A DNA stretch of 63,761 nucleotides, filler included, from Pirum gemmata (lineage: Eukaryota): the NCBI GenBank assembly GCA_002812295.1. It is 27 parts of 27 records of this genome, joined end to end, with 100 filler letters (N's around TTAATTAATTAA, not from the genome) between each part and the next. Parts side by side here need not be neighbours in the genome. Positions count along the whole stretch, not along the records: positions 61,493 to 63,761 come from PDIN01008416.1; 26 more parts are not named here. One strand, written 5' to 3'. The notes under the pieces are model-generated. The model was not told where the DNA came from and ran no database searches. It saw only the letters and a program-made list of their open reading frames with translations. Every line of letters begins with the position of its first letter. The first letter of the stretch is position 1. The position numbers and the translations under genes were made by a program. Shown here in pieces: positions 63,188 to 63,761 of the stretch.

Positions 63188-63640
63188 ATGTTTGATTGGG
63201 TTAGAGTCTTTAATCAAGCTATTAAAGGTAGAATCCTTAAGTATAATAGAACAAAAGCAACAAGAATTATTAGTAATGCAGTTAGCAATTTATATATAGA
63301 ATATGAAAATATGGACTTGCCGTACAATTATTGGACTTATTATTATGAAAAATTACCAAATTTTGATAATGATTATAAAGGTAACCCCCGAGATTGGTTA
63401 AAAGAAGTAATAGTCNACAAGATGTACAACAATGGAAGAATATGATACAAAAAAGAAAATATAAAATAGACCATCTGAAACAGCAAATAAGAGAATTTAG
63501 TTTTAAAATTCTACAAAGATCTATTGAACCGGTTTTTGTTCCATGTAGTGGCGGAAAATTTTTCGAAAGAGGAGAAAAAGAAGAAAAATTTCAACATTTT
63601 TTTAAGTGGGAAAATGTGCTAGAGAGTTGTCAATTAATGA
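63188..63640 (+). pseudogene. Putative non-LTR retrotransposon ORF2 C-terminal fragment (post-RT plus zf-RVT-like)
   Basis: DWVRVFNQAIKGR resembles the post-RT D-x-x-x-FN-x-A-L motif, and IREFSFKILQRSI..C...EEKFQHFF resembles zf-RVT. N-join at 63416. Confidence 0.4.
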
Positions 63641-63761
63641 TGATTTTAATGAAAAAAACATTTGTTTCGGAAGTCAAGATTATGACAAAAAAAAACTTAA
63701 GAATATCTATAATAATACCTTACTTTTTTATATAATATATTATGAACACAAGAAGAAAAAT

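Overview
This is not one continuous locus. It is 27 short scaffolds (mostly about 2.1 kb) from a very AT-rich, intron-rich eukaryote, joined by 26 artificial 100-bp spacers (N44-TTAATTAATTAA-N44), so synteny only holds within each piece. Recognisable host gene fragments, most with GT-AG introns, are: a secreted twin-CX3C peptide precursor, an LRR protein, a G-alpha subunit, an FG/RanBD/ZnF nucleoporin, a conserved membrane protein, a RalGPS-like RasGEF, a multicopper oxidase, an attractin-like protein, OLA1/YchF, an HIR-type SPFH protein, a PMR1/SPCA pump and tRNA-Gly. This gene set plus TTAGGG repeats suggests a unicellular holozoan such as an ichthyosporean (inference only). Non-coding DNA is dominated by hexamer microsatellites, interstitial telomeric repeats and at least six MITE families. 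The most interesting signals are: (1) a piggyBac-type transposase with a YqaJ/lambda-exonuclease domain apparently inside its catalytic core; (2) a decayed giant-virus-like Lon/AAA gene next to a tRNA-Asn of non-cytosolic type; (3) chains of TA-x-TA units that look like serial transposon excision footprints; (4) tandem 'echo' copies of gene 3' ends directly behind stop codons. All family assignments come from motif recognition by eye; no database search was run.
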